Of a stretch of DNA of 64,000 bases, positions 19,372 to 30,520 are shown piece after piece. Made by a program: the position numbers and the translations under genes. The DNA lies in NCBI GenBank assembly GCA_044344255.1, contig JBIJDH010000005.1, positions 288,001 through 352,000 of the forward strand, given 5' to 3'. The notes beneath the pieces are model-generated. The model searched no databases. It was not told the origin of the DNA and saw only the letters and a list, made by a program, of their open reading frames with translations. Origin of the DNA: Myxococcota bacterium. GTDB taxonomy: Bacteria > Myxococcota_A > UBA796 > UBA2385. Position 1 is the first letter of the stretch; each line of letters begins with the position of its first letter.

Positions 19372-20523
19372 TCAGGGGCGGAGCCGCTCGACGACGGCGG
19401 CGAGGGCGTCCACGGCGGACTCCCCGCATCGGGAGCAGCGCTCCGGTGACCACCCCTGCTCGGGGTCCGGGGCGTCGGCGTTGTCCTTGAACGGCATCTC
19501 GAGGGTGAAGGCGAGGGCGTCGAAGCGCTGGCTCACCTGGCTCGTGCACATCGTGAGGTTGGCCTGTCCGGGGGCGTCCGGCGGGTAGCCGTGGGCCCGC
19601 TGGACGTCGGGGCAGGCCCGCTCGTAGGCGTCGCGGAAGGCGAGGTCGAGGGCGGCGAGGCGGGGGCTCCAGCCCGGAGTGCCCTCTGCGCCGGCGAGGA
19701 ACACGTAGGGCAGCTCTTCATCGCCGTGGATGTCGAGGCAGAGGTCGAGCCCGGCCGCGTCCATCGCGTCGCGGACGTGCAGCACCTCGGGGCTCCGCGA
19801 CAGGGTGGGGGTCTCCCACTCGCGGTTGAGGTTGGCGCCCGCCGCGTTGCAGCGGAGGTGGCCGAGATAGCTGCCGTCGGGGTTCATGTGGGGGACCACA
19901 TGGAGCACCGCGCGGGTGAGGAGCCAGCGGGACAGGCTGTCGGTCGGGTCGAGCAGGCGGGAGAGGAAGCCCTCCATCCACCAGGAGGCCATGCTCTCGC
20001 CGGGGTGTTGGCGCCCGATGACCCAGATGACCCGCTTCCCCGCGCCGGGCTCGCCGATCACCACCCGGTCGAGGTCGCGGCCCTGCACCGTCGCGCCGAG
20101 GCGATCGACCCGGGCGCGGTCCGAGCGCTGGACCTGCCCGAGGAGCTCGGTGCAGCGGTCGAGGGAATAGGGGGCGAAGTAGCTGTACCAGACGACGTCG
20201 GCGGTGGGGGTGTCGCTGAAGATGAGCTCACCGCCCACGTACTCGGTGTCGACGCGGGTCCAGGTCTCGCGGTCGTCGGTCACACAGGCCCGATAGCCGG
20301 CCCAGGCGGGGGGATAGGAGCAGGCCGCCGCGTTCGTGAGGCGAAAGACGCAGGGGCGGCCTCGGGCCCCGGACACGCGGAAGTGGAACCACTGGCGGTG
20401 CTCCTCCCCGGCGTCCCAGCGGATGGCGAGGCGAAGCTCGGCGGGGGCGGTGCCCTCCGCGGGGAGGGGCTCGAGGACGTCGATGTTGCCGCTGTCGAAG
20501 GCGGTGGAGATGTGGAGGGCCAA
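19372..20523 (-). CDS. M14 cytosolic carboxypeptidase
   Basis: ISTAFDSGNI, QWFHF, RQHPGE, NPDG, NLNREW, LDIHGDE, TLEMPF. TTG start with GGAG upstream. Confidence 0.92.
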   Translation of the reverse strand: MALHISTAFDSGNIDVLEPLPAEGTAPAELRLAIRWDAGEEHRQWFHFRVSGARGRPCVFRLTNAAACSYPPAWAGYRACVTDDRETWTRVDTEYVGGELIFSDTPTADVVWYSYFAPYSLDRCTELLGQVQRSDRARVDRLGATVQGRDLDRVVIGEPGAGKRVIWVIGRQHPGESMASWWMEGFLSRLLDPTDSLSRWLLTRAVLHVVPHMNPDGSYLGHLRCNAAGANLNREWETPTLSRSPEVLHVRDAMDAAGLDLCLDIHGDEELPYVFLAGAEGTPGWSPRLAALDLAFRDAYERACPDVQRAHGYPPDAPGQANLTMCTSQVSQRFDALAFTLEMPFKDNADAPDPEQGWSPERCSRCGESAVDALAAVVERLRP

Positions 20524-20692
20524 GAGGGCTCCAGGGCGGGAGGAGGAGACCAGGGGGGAGGCGCGGCGAGGGTGGAGGGTACACCCCGCCCCGCGGTTCC
20601 GGCAAGGGAGCCGACGGTGGCGAGCTCGTTCCAGTCGGGTAGAGCGAGCGCCAGTCTCGTGTCCCACGCCTGCTGCTCCGCTGGATGTCCCG

Positions 20693-21502
20693 ATGCCGCT
20701 GCTCCTCCCGCTGCTCCTCCCGCTGCTCCTCTCCCTGGTCACCGAGAGCCTCGCGGCCCCGGCCGCCCCGGCCGTCCCTGCAGCTCCCCCGGCGACCGCC
20801 GCGCCTGCCCTCTCCTCGGAGCCTGTCCGCCTCGCCGGTGCGACGGGCCCTATCGTGGTCACTGTCGTCTATCACGGCACCGTGCGCATCGAGGCCGGGG
20901 GGAAGGTCCTGTGGATCGACCCTTGGATCAAGGGCAATCTCGAGGGCCCCAAGGCCGACCTGCTGCTCATCACCGACATCCACGGTGATCACCTCGACAT
21001 GGACGCCATCGCGAAGGTGCGCAAGCCCGAGACCCTCGTGGTCGCCCCCGCCGCGGTGGCCGCCGCCCAGCCTCCGCTGAAGGTGGACCGTCCGTTGGCC
21101 AACGGCGAGTCCGCGGACCTCCTGGGCGTTCACATCGAGGCCGTGCCGATGTACAACCTCACGCGCGGGCCCTCGGCGGGGGCGCTCTTCCACGACAAGG
21201 GCCGCGGGGACGGCTATCTCCTCACGATCGACGGCAAGAAGATCTACATCGCAGGCGACTCCGAGTGTACGCCCGAGATGAAGGCCCTCCGGGGGGTCGA
21301 TCTCGCGCTCATCCCCATGAACCTGCCCTATACGATGCCCCCCGAGGAGGCGGCGGCCTGCGTGGCGGCCTTCAAGCCGCGTCAGGTGGTGCCCTATCAT
21401 TATTCAGGGAGTGACCTCAGCCTCTTCACCAAGGGCCTCGCGGGGGTCTCCGGGGTGGAGGTGGTGCTCCGAGAGGCCTATCTGGGCGGCCTGCCCTGGT
21501 GA
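20693..21502 (+). CDS. Secreted MBL-fold metallo-hydrolase
   Basis: Signal peptide; HGTVRI, IDP, TDIHGDH, FH.KG, YIAGD, PYHY. Confidence 0.88.
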   Translation: MPLLLPLLLPLLLSLVTESLAAPAAPAVPAAPPATAAPALSSEPVRLAGATGPIVVTVVYHGTVRIEAGGKVLWIDPWIKGNLEGPKADLLLITDIHGDHLDMDAIAKVRKPETLVVAPAAVAAAQPPLKVDRPLANGESADLLGVHIEAVPMYNLTRGPSAGALFHDKGRGDGYLLTIDGKKIYIAGDSECTPEMKALRGVDLALIPMNLPYTMPPEEAAACVAAFKPRQVVPYHYSGSDLSLFTKGLAGVSGVEVVLREAYLGGLPW

Positions 21503-21567
21503 TGGCGCGCCCGGGTGACGGCGCAGGGGTCCGGCCCGTCGCGCGGCGGCCGGGTTAGCCTCGGCCG

Positions 21568-22242
21568 ATGAACGAGCTCATGCAGGCCATTGGCCCCTCG
21601 ACCTTCCTCTGGCCCGTGGCGGCCCTCGGCTTCCTCTCGGTGGCCATCGCGGTCGAGCGCTTCTTGTACCTGATCTTTCGGGCGTCGCTCTCCGCCAACG
21701 CCTTCATGGCCTCTGTGCAGAAGCTGGTGATGGCGGGCCAGATCGACCAGGCGATGGTGCTCTGCTTGAACGCCCCCGAGGCTCCCGTGGCCAACGTGGT
21801 GCGCGCGGCTTTGCTGCACGCCGACGGCTCTCGGGAAGACCTCCACCTCGCCGTCGATCAGGCCGCCGCGGAGGCCGTCCCCGCCGTTCAGCTCCGCCTC
21901 GGTTGGCTCACGACCTTCGCCAACGTGGCCACCCTCTTCGGCCTCCTGGGCACCATCGTGGGCCTCATGCAGTCCTTCGAGGCCGTCTCCCACGCCGAGG
22001 CCTCCCAGCGCCAGGAGCTCCTCGCGGGCGGCATCTCGCTGGCCATGCAGACCACCGCCAGCGGCATCGCGGTCGCCATCCCGGCGCTCCTCGCCTACTC
22101 CTTCCTCGCGCAGCGGGCGAACGGGGTGCTCGATGACGTGGAGCGCTGCGGGCTCAAGATGGAGATGCTGCTCCTCAGCCGGCAGCAGACCCTGCGCGAG
22201 GGCCGATCCGCCTCGCCGCCCGCGGCCGCCGAGGCGGAGTGA
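21568..22242 (+). CDS. MotA/TolQ/ExbB proton-channel protein (AglR-like)
   Basis: VAIAVERF, ATLFGLLGTIVGLMQSF, GIS.AM.TTA.GIAVAIPA. Confidence 0.9.
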   Translation: MNELMQAIGPSTFLWPVAALGFLSVAIAVERFLYLIFRASLSANAFMASVQKLVMAGQIDQAMVLCLNAPEAPVANVVRAALLHADGSREDLHLAVDQAAAEAVPAVQLRLGWLTTFANVATLFGLLGTIVGLMQSFEAVSHAEASQRQELLAGGISLAMQTTASGIAVAIPALLAYSFLAQRANGVLDDVERCGLKMEMLLLSRQQTLREGRSASPPAAAEAE

Positions 22243-22712
22243 TGTCGGGCCGCTCCCGACTCAACGTCGCGCCCGCCGAGCTCATCCTCGTGCCGCTGCT
22301 GGACATGATCTCCCTGCTCGTGCAGGTGCTGCTGCTCAACATCCAGTTCGGGGTCTTCGCCGAGCTCCCGGCCCGACAGGCCGGTGCGGGCGGCGCCGAG
22401 GGCGAGGCCGACCTGGCGCTCACCATCGACATCGAGGCCCGCGGCTTCGCGCTGCGCTGGAATGAGGCGGGGGGCGCGCGCGCCGAGCTCCTGCCCTGTG
22501 TCGATCCCTGTCGGGCGGTCGAGCACTTCCCCTACGCCCGCCTGGGGGAGGTCCTCTCGGCGATCAAGGAGCAGCACCCCGCCGAGCAGCGTGTGCTGGT
22601 GCGGCCCCTCGTCGATCTGCCCTTTGAGGTCATCGCCCGCACGATGGACGAGGCGCGCGGCGGCGGCGGCCAGGGGCGCTTCACCGACGTTGGGCTGGGG
22701 GGCCGGCCGTGA
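22239..22712 (+). CDS. ExbD/TolR-family protein (AglQ-like)
   Basis: TM with conserved Asp (ELILVPLLDMI); C-terminal VLVRP..DLPFEVIARTMD. Confidence 0.85.
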   Translation: MMSGRSRLNVAPAELILVPLLDMISLLVQVLLLNIQFGVFAELPARQAGAGGAEGEADLALTIDIEARGFALRWNEAGGARAELLPCVDPCRAVEHFPYARLGEVLSAIKEQHPAEQRVLVRPLVDLPFEVIARTMDEARGGGGQGRFTDVGLGGRP

Positions 22713-23203
22713 GCGCGCTGCGGAGCCGGCGGTCGGGGCGGCGCGGCCGCCGGATGGAGACCGACTCCGAGCTCCTGCTGGCCGCGATGGTCGACATGAT
22801 GGTCAACGTGCTTCTCTTCCTCCTCACGCTCTATGGCACATCGCCGGGCTCGGAGGCCGGTGAGCTGGAGCTGCCGGGGGCGCGGTCGGAGGCGCCCCTC
22901 GTGGCCACCGTGCACCTCACGGTCACGCCGCAGGTGGTCGCCGTCGACGGCAAGACGGCGCTCGCGCTCCGGGCCTCGCCGGAGGGCCCGCGCCTGCCCG
23001 AGCGGGTGGAGCTCGACACGCTGCTCAACCTGCTCGCCACGCGGCGCGGAGCGGGAGAGAGCCCGCCGCCCCTCGCCGTCGAGGTGGACCGCCGCGTGCC
23101 CTGGACCACGCTCGAGCCCCTGCTCGATGTGGCCGGACAGGCCGGCTTCTCGGACCTCCGCTTCGTCACCACCAGCCTGAGCGTGGTCGGCGCGCCCGGC
23201 TGA
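22709..23203 (+). CDS. ExbD/TolR-family protein (AglS-like)
   Basis: AAMVDMMVNVLLFLL, ELPGA, VEVDRRVPW...AGQAGF. Confidence 0.85.
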   Translation: MSALRSRRSGRRGRRMETDSELLLAAMVDMMVNVLLFLLTLYGTSPGSEAGELELPGARSEAPLVATVHLTVTPQVVAVDGKTALALRASPEGPRLPERVELDTLLNLLATRRGAGESPPPLAVEVDRRVPWTTLEPLLDVAGQAGFSDLRFVTTSLSVVGAPG

Positions 23204-23232
23204 GCGGCGGCCGGCCCTGTCCGGCGCCTCGG

Positions 23233-24588
23233 TTATTCGGCGGCGACCCAGGCTCGGATCTCATCGGGCCGCTGGGCCACCCACTCCCGCACGCAGTTGA
23301 CGTGTCGGTCATAGTCGCTGAGGCTGTAATATTTGTGGCTGTCGCTCTCGACCTCGGCGCGGAGCAGGTCATTGAGGAAGTCTACCTGCCCCACAGGGTC
23401 GGCCGCCTCCCAGACCTCGTTGAGACGGCTGAGCTCGGCGACGAAGTCGGCGCGGCAGGTGGCGCTGGCGAGGCACTTCTTGGCGAGCACCCCCTCGGTG
23501 TAGGTGCCGGGATCGACGCCGTGGCGGCCGCACTCGTCGTAGCTCCAGGGCCGCCAGCCGTAGTCGAGGTCCATCGACTGGGGGAGGAAGGTCCATCGGT
23601 CGGCGGTGGGGTCGTGATAGATGTGGTAATTGGAGCGGTCATAGGCGTATCCGTCCCAATGGGCGATGAGGGCGTCCATCGCCATGCTGCGGATGAACAG
23701 CTCCCAGTCGAGCTGCTCCTGCATCGCCGCCTCCCAGTCGGCCCCGCTGAGCTCGGAGGCGGCGACGAGGGCGTCAAAGGCGTCGTCGTGGCCCTCATCG
23801 TACTCCTCGGTCTCGAAGCAGCGGCTGTTGGTGAAGTCGCAGTCTTCGCCCCCGTTCTCGTAGAGGTTGCCGTTGGGATCTGCGAACCAGGCCTCGAGCA
23901 GGTCGTCGTTGATGGCCTCGACGGCGGTGTAGAGGCCGTAATCTTCGCCGTTGAGGGTGAGGCGGACGTAGCCGGCCCGGGAGGCGGGGAGGCCGGCCTC
24001 GCGGAGGGTGCGATAGGAGCGCACCTCGGACATCATGCTGGGGTCGATGAGCTGGTTGTGCAGGTTGAATTTCTTGTGCCCCATGAATTCCTGGCCGGGC
24101 ACATAGAGGTTGACGTCGACCTTGAGGGAGGGCTTGTCGTCGATGCTGGACGAGGTGCTCGAGCCCTTGATGTGAATGGCCACGCTCCAGCGCTGATCGC
24201 CGTAGAGGAGCTCGGCGGGCACGTAGCTGTCGGGGTCGTGGCGGAGGTCGGACCAGGCGTCACCGTCGAGCTCGAAGGCGAGGGGGGTGATGGTGTCTTC
24301 GGAGAAGAGCACGTCGGGGACGTCGTCGGTGGCCACGAAGGGGGACTCGGGCAGGGCCTCGAGGGGGGAGTCGGTGGCGACCGCGCTCCCGTCGCTGCCG
24401 TCCGTCCCGTCGGCGCCGTCGCCGGTGCCGCCGTCTGTGCCGCCGTCTGTGGCGCCGTCTGTGCCGCCATCCGTCCCGGCGTCCCCTCCCGCCTTCGAGC
24501 CGCCCAGCGACAGGTGGCCGCTGGAGCAGGCGGAGAGGGCGAGCGCCGCGCTGAGGAGGGGGATCAGGGGGACGGTGCGGAGGAACAT
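23233..24588 (-). CDS. CotH kinase-family lipoprotein
   Basis: Lipobox LSAC; IHIKGSST...KPSLKV, LNGEDYGLY..VE, GNLYE, HWDGY..NY.IY. Confidence 0.85.
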   Translation of the reverse strand: MFLRTVPLIPLLSAALALSACSSGHLSLGGSKAGGDAGTDGGTDGATDGGTDGGTGDGADGTDGSDGSAVATDSPLEALPESPFVATDDVPDVLFSEDTITPLAFELDGDAWSDLRHDPDSYVPAELLYGDQRWSVAIHIKGSSTSSSIDDKPSLKVDVNLYVPGQEFMGHKKFNLHNQLIDPSMMSEVRSYRTLREAGLPASRAGYVRLTLNGEDYGLYTAVEAINDDLLEAWFADPNGNLYENGGEDCDFTNSRCFETEEYDEGHDDAFDALVAASELSGADWEAAMQEQLDWELFIRSMAMDALIAHWDGYAYDRSNYHIYHDPTADRWTFLPQSMDLDYGWRPWSYDECGRHGVDPGTYTEGVLAKKCLASATCRADFVAELSRLNEVWEAADPVGQVDFLNDLLRAEVESDSHKYYSLSDYDRHVNCVREWVAQRPDEIRAWVAAE

Positions 24589-24668
24589 CGGGGCTCCGGG
24601 CGCGTTCGGCGCCGAGCGCACACTCTACCGCTCTCGGGCGCGCCTGCGGGGCCCGCGGGCGGGCGGGG

Positions 24669-25145
24669 TCAGGAGGGGCCGCCCTCGCGGTAGATCGGCA
24701 GCCCGCGCCGGCTGTGGTGCTCGAAGATGATCGCCGTCTCGATGTGGCCGACCTCGGGGCGGGAGGCGATTCGGTCCCAGGAGAGGTCGCGGAGGTGGGC
24801 CACGTCGCGGACGGCGACGTGGACGAGGAAGTCGTCGGCCCCCGACACGTTGTAGAAGGCCACCACCTCCTCTTGCAGCACGAGGAAGTCGCGGAGGGAG
24901 CGCGCGGCGCTCTGGCCGTGGTCGCGCATCCGCAGGGAGATCATGGCCTGGATCCCCACGCCGATGGCCGCAGGGTCGAGCAGGGCGTGGACGCCGCGCA
25001 GGACCCCGGCCTCGCGCAGGCGCCGCACCCGCGTCAGGCAGCTCGACGCGGCCAGGCCGACATCCGCGGCGAGCTCCTTGTTGGACAGCCGACCATCCTT
25101 CTGTAGAGCGTCGAGGATGGCGAAGTCGATTCGGTCCAGGTCCAT
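24669..25145 (-). CDS. Lrp/AsnC transcriptional regulator
   Basis: LDRIDFAILDALQKDGRLSNKELA..VGL...RVRRLREAGV; VSGADDFLVHV. Confidence 0.93.
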   Translation of the reverse strand: MDLDRIDFAILDALQKDGRLSNKELAADVGLAASSCLTRVRRLREAGVLRGVHALLDPAAIGVGIQAMISLRMRDHGQSAARSLRDFLVLQEEVVAFYNVSGADDFLVHVAVRDVAHLRDLSWDRIASRPEVGHIETAIIFEHHSRRGLPIYREGGPS

Positions 25146-25211
25146 CGTGGGGGGCTCCTTCCGCAATCAATTCGGTTGCCGGCGGGTGGCTGGGAATCCT
25201 ATGGATATAGC

Positions 25212-26468
25212 ATGGCAAAGTACCCGAACATCCTGCTGATGGAAGACCGGTCGAAGGCCGAGGCCCTGCTCGTCGAGCTCGGCCGCGCCCTGCACGCGGC
25301 GGGGGCCTCTTCGGGGCGGGTGGAGGCGGCGGTGACCGAGGTGGCGGCCGGCTGGGGCCTCCCCGTCGACGCGCTCGCCACGCCCACCTCGCTCCAGCTC
25401 GCCTTCGGGGCGCCCGGGCCGCAGCGGCTCAACCTCTCTCGGCTCCAGCCGGGGGGGATCGCCCTCGGTCGGCTCGTCACCCTGGAGGCGCTGGTGCGGC
25501 GGGCGGCGCAGGGAGAGGGGCCCCAGGCGCTCCGTGCCACGCTGGACCGCCTCCACGCCCAGCCCGCGCAGTGGGGAGCCCTCGCCTCCCTCCTCGCCGC
25601 CACGGTGCTCGGCGGCGCGGCGGCGGCCTCCTTCGGGGCCAGCCTGCCGGGGGTGGAGCTCGGCGCCGGGGTGAGCCTCGCCGTGGCCGCGCTCGAGCGC
25701 CTCGCCCAGCGTCGGCCCGCGGCCGCCCGCCTCACCCCCCTCGCGGGCGCCGCGCTGGCCACGCTGCTCTCCGTGCTCGGGGCCCGCGCCCTCGGTCTGC
25801 CCACAGCCTGGCCCTCGCTGCTCGGCGGCCTCATTCAGCTCGCGCCGGGCTACACCTTCACGGTGGCGGCCACGGAGCTCGCCGAGTCTGAGCTCGTCGC
25901 CGGCACGGCCCGCCTCGGCGCCGCCCTCTCCACCTTTCTCCAGCTCAGCGTCGGCCTCGCGGCCACCGCCTCGGCCTTGGAGGCCTGGCCGCTGCTCTCG
26001 CCGGCCGGCCCGGCGGCGGCGGGCGTGGCTTGGGGGGCGGCGGCGGCCGTGGGCCTCGCCTATGGGGTGCTCCTTCAGGCGGCGCCGCGGGACACGCGCC
26101 TCGTCTTCCTTGGGGCCTTGGGCGGGCAGGCCGCCTCAGAGCTCGGTGACTGGATCGGCTCGGGCGCCTGGGCCCCCTTCGTGGCGGCGGCCGGCCTCTC
26201 CCTCGGCAGCGAGCTCGCCGGGCGGCTCACCCGTCGGCCGAGCGCCCTCTTCCTCGTCCCCTCGCTCCTCGCGCTCGTCCCAGGCGGCGCGGGCATCGGC
26301 GGCCTGTCGCGGGTGCTGCACGCCGAGCCGGGCGGGGGCGCCGCCGCGATCGGCGCGGTGGTGGCCGCGATCTCCCTCTCGACGGGGGTGCTCCTCGGGC
26401 AGCTCCTCGCGGGTGGGCTGCGGGGTGGCGCGCGGCCGCCGCTTGACCTCTCGGGGGAGCGTGTCTAA
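25212..26468 (+). CDS. Threonine/serine exporter (ThrE family)
   Basis: LGRALHAAGAS..RVE, PG.TFTVA..EL...G..RL, LVPGG; about 10 TMs; divergent from the Lrp gene. Confidence 0.8.
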   Translation: MAKYPNILLMEDRSKAEALLVELGRALHAAGASSGRVEAAVTEVAAGWGLPVDALATPTSLQLAFGAPGPQRLNLSRLQPGGIALGRLVTLEALVRRAAQGEGPQALRATLDRLHAQPAQWGALASLLAATVLGGAAAASFGASLPGVELGAGVSLAVAALERLAQRRPAAARLTPLAGAALATLLSVLGARALGLPTAWPSLLGGLIQLAPGYTFTVAATELAESELVAGTARLGAALSTFLQLSVGLAATASALEAWPLLSPAGPAAAGVAWGAAAAVGLAYGVLLQAAPRDTRLVFLGALGGQAASELGDWIGSGAWAPFVAAAGLSLGSELAGRLTRRPSALFLVPSLLALVPGGAGIGGLSRVLHAEPGGGAAAIGAVVAAISLSTGVLLGQLLAGGLRGGARPPLDLSGERV

Positions 26469-26551
26469 GCCTTGAAGGTCCCTGCCTGTGTCTGTCCGGG
26501 CAAGGAGTCGGTCTTCAACAGGCCCGGGGAATAGCCCGGAAAGGACGCGCC

Positions 26552-28951
<2,400 letters not shown>

Positions 28952-28959
28952 GGCGTTGG

Positions 28960-28992
28960 GCGCAGGGGACGGGCGGCGCCCATTCCCTGCGC
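28960..28992 (+). terminator. Long GC hairpin just after the lon stop (terminator or stabiliser; no U-tail)
   Basis: GCGCAGGGGA..GGGC/GCCC..TTCCCTGCGC. Confidence 0.45.
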
Positions 28993-29215
28993 GTCGTCAT
29001 GCGAAAGGGGGGCTCCTCCGCATGTTCTGGTTGGACCGGCCCACCGGTCTGGGCTAATCGGTTGGCCGGATCGGAGGTAGACGGAGAGGGAGACCTCGCC
29101 CGTTGCCTCGAGGTCACCCTGTGCCGCGGAACGTCTCCCCTGTCGCTGGTCCCTGTCGGACGGCTCAGCGCCCCCTCTCGGGGCGACCGTCCTCGTGTGC
29201 TCGGATCGGAGACAG

Positions 29216-30520
29216 ATGCGATCATTCGGGCTCGGCTCCCTCTTGCTGTCCTGCCTGCTGGGGGCCGGCCCCGCCCGGGCCGAGGCCCCCCTCGAGGTTC
29301 GGCGCTCTCCCGCGCGGCTCAACGTGCGGGCCACCGCGGCCCTCGACGGCGCGCTCATCGGTCAGATCGAGCTCGGCGTGCCCTTCAGCGTCTTCGCGCG
29401 CGTGGCGGGAGAGGGCTGCGGGGGCGACGGCTGGGGGCGCGTCGAGGCCGGCGGCTTCGCCTGTCTGGACGGCGCGGGCTTCGCGCTCGACGCCCCGGCT
29501 GACCTCCCGGCGCTGATCGACTTCAACGCGCCCTCCCCCTCGGAGATCGAGGCCTATGAGGAGACGGGTCAATACTCTGGGCGCACCCGCTCACCGATGT
29601 TGCCCTACATCTACGGCAAGCGCGCGGGCCGCTGGGGCGGCGCGGTGTGGGCGAGCGAGGCGGACTGGCTGACCGGGGCGCCGTCGGTCGATCGGCTCGA
29701 CGCTCGGCACGCCTACAGCTTCGTCTCGGTCATCGAGACGGTGAAGGGGCGGGCCTTCCTGCGGGCGAACGGGAGCCTCGTCCCCGAGGCGGAGCTCTAT
29801 CTCTTCCCCCTCACCGAATTTCACGGGCGTGACCTCGCCGCGCGCCCCATTCGGGAGGGCACGGTGGCCGCCTGGGTGGTGGCCGAGAGCGGGGCCCGCC
29901 TGCGGGACAAGCCCTCGGTCATGGGCGAGGAGATCGGGCGGCTGCCTTATCAGAGCGAGCTCGAGCTGGAGGCGCGGCCGGTGGGCGAAGGCCGGTGGTG
30001 GGAGATCGCCGAGGCCCTCGGCCCGGGTCGCTCCGGCTACGTGAGCGGGATCGGCCTCGCGCGGATCCACGCCGCCCCGCGGCCGGCCGAGGTTGGCCCG
30101 GAGGAGCGCTGGGTCGACATCAACCTCGATCAGCAGACGATGGCGCTGATGCGCGGCGAGGTCCCCCTCTTCGTGACCCTCATCTCCTCGGGGGTCACCG
30201 CCCATGACACGCCGCGGGGCACCTTTCGGGTGACCGACAAGCAGGTCACGAATGACATGAGCAGCCTGAGCGGGTCGCGAGAGCGGTACATGGTGGAGGA
30301 TGTGCCGTGGGTCGTCCACTTCAAGCCCCGGTACGCCATCCACACCGCCTTCTGGCACTGGGATCTGGGCCACAAGACCAGCCATGGCTGCGTGAACCTG
30401 TCCCCAAAGGACGCCCGCACCGTGTTCAACTGGGTCGAGCCGGTCTTACCGCCCGGCTTTCACAGCGTCCAGGCCTCACCGGACTCGCCGGGGATGGTGG
30501 TGCGGATCCGAGCCCGGTGA
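29216..30520 (+). CDS. L,D-transpeptidase (YkuD) with SH3-like N-terminal domains
   Basis: Signal peptide; WVDINLDQQ, ISSG, TPRG.F, YAIH.AFWH..GHKTSHGCVNL. Confidence 0.9.
   Translation: MRSFGLGSLLLSCLLGAGPARAEAPLEVRRSPARLNVRATAALDGALIGQIELGVPFSVFARVAGEGCGGDGWGRVEAGGFACLDGAGFALDAPADLPALIDFNAPSPSEIEAYEETGQYSGRTRSPMLPYIYGKRAGRWGGAVWASEADWLTGAPSVDRLDARHAYSFVSVIETVKGRAFLRANGSLVPEAELYLFPLTEFHGRDLAARPIREGTVAAWVVAESGARLRDKPSVMGEEIGRLPYQSELELEARPVGEGRWWEIAEALGPGRSGYVSGIGLARIHAAPRPAEVGPEERWVDINLDQQTMALMRGEVPLFVTLISSGVTAHDTPRGTFRVTDKQVTNDMSSLSGSRERYMVEDVPWVVHFKPRYAIHTAFWHWDLGHKTSHGCVNLSPKDARTVFNWVEPVLPPGFHSVQASPDSPGMVVRIRAR

Noticed and set aside
20970..20995. TDIHGDH instead of THxHxDH in the MBL hydrolase
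   Set aside because: To my knowledge this is a common variant in this subfamily and not evidence of novelty.
24669..26468. Divergent Lrp and ThrE exporter pair
   Set aside because: An ordinary amino-acid export regulation arrangement.
26470..26500. CTTGAA upstream of lon as a sigma-32 promoter
   Set aside because: There is no CCCCAT-like -10 element at the right spacing.
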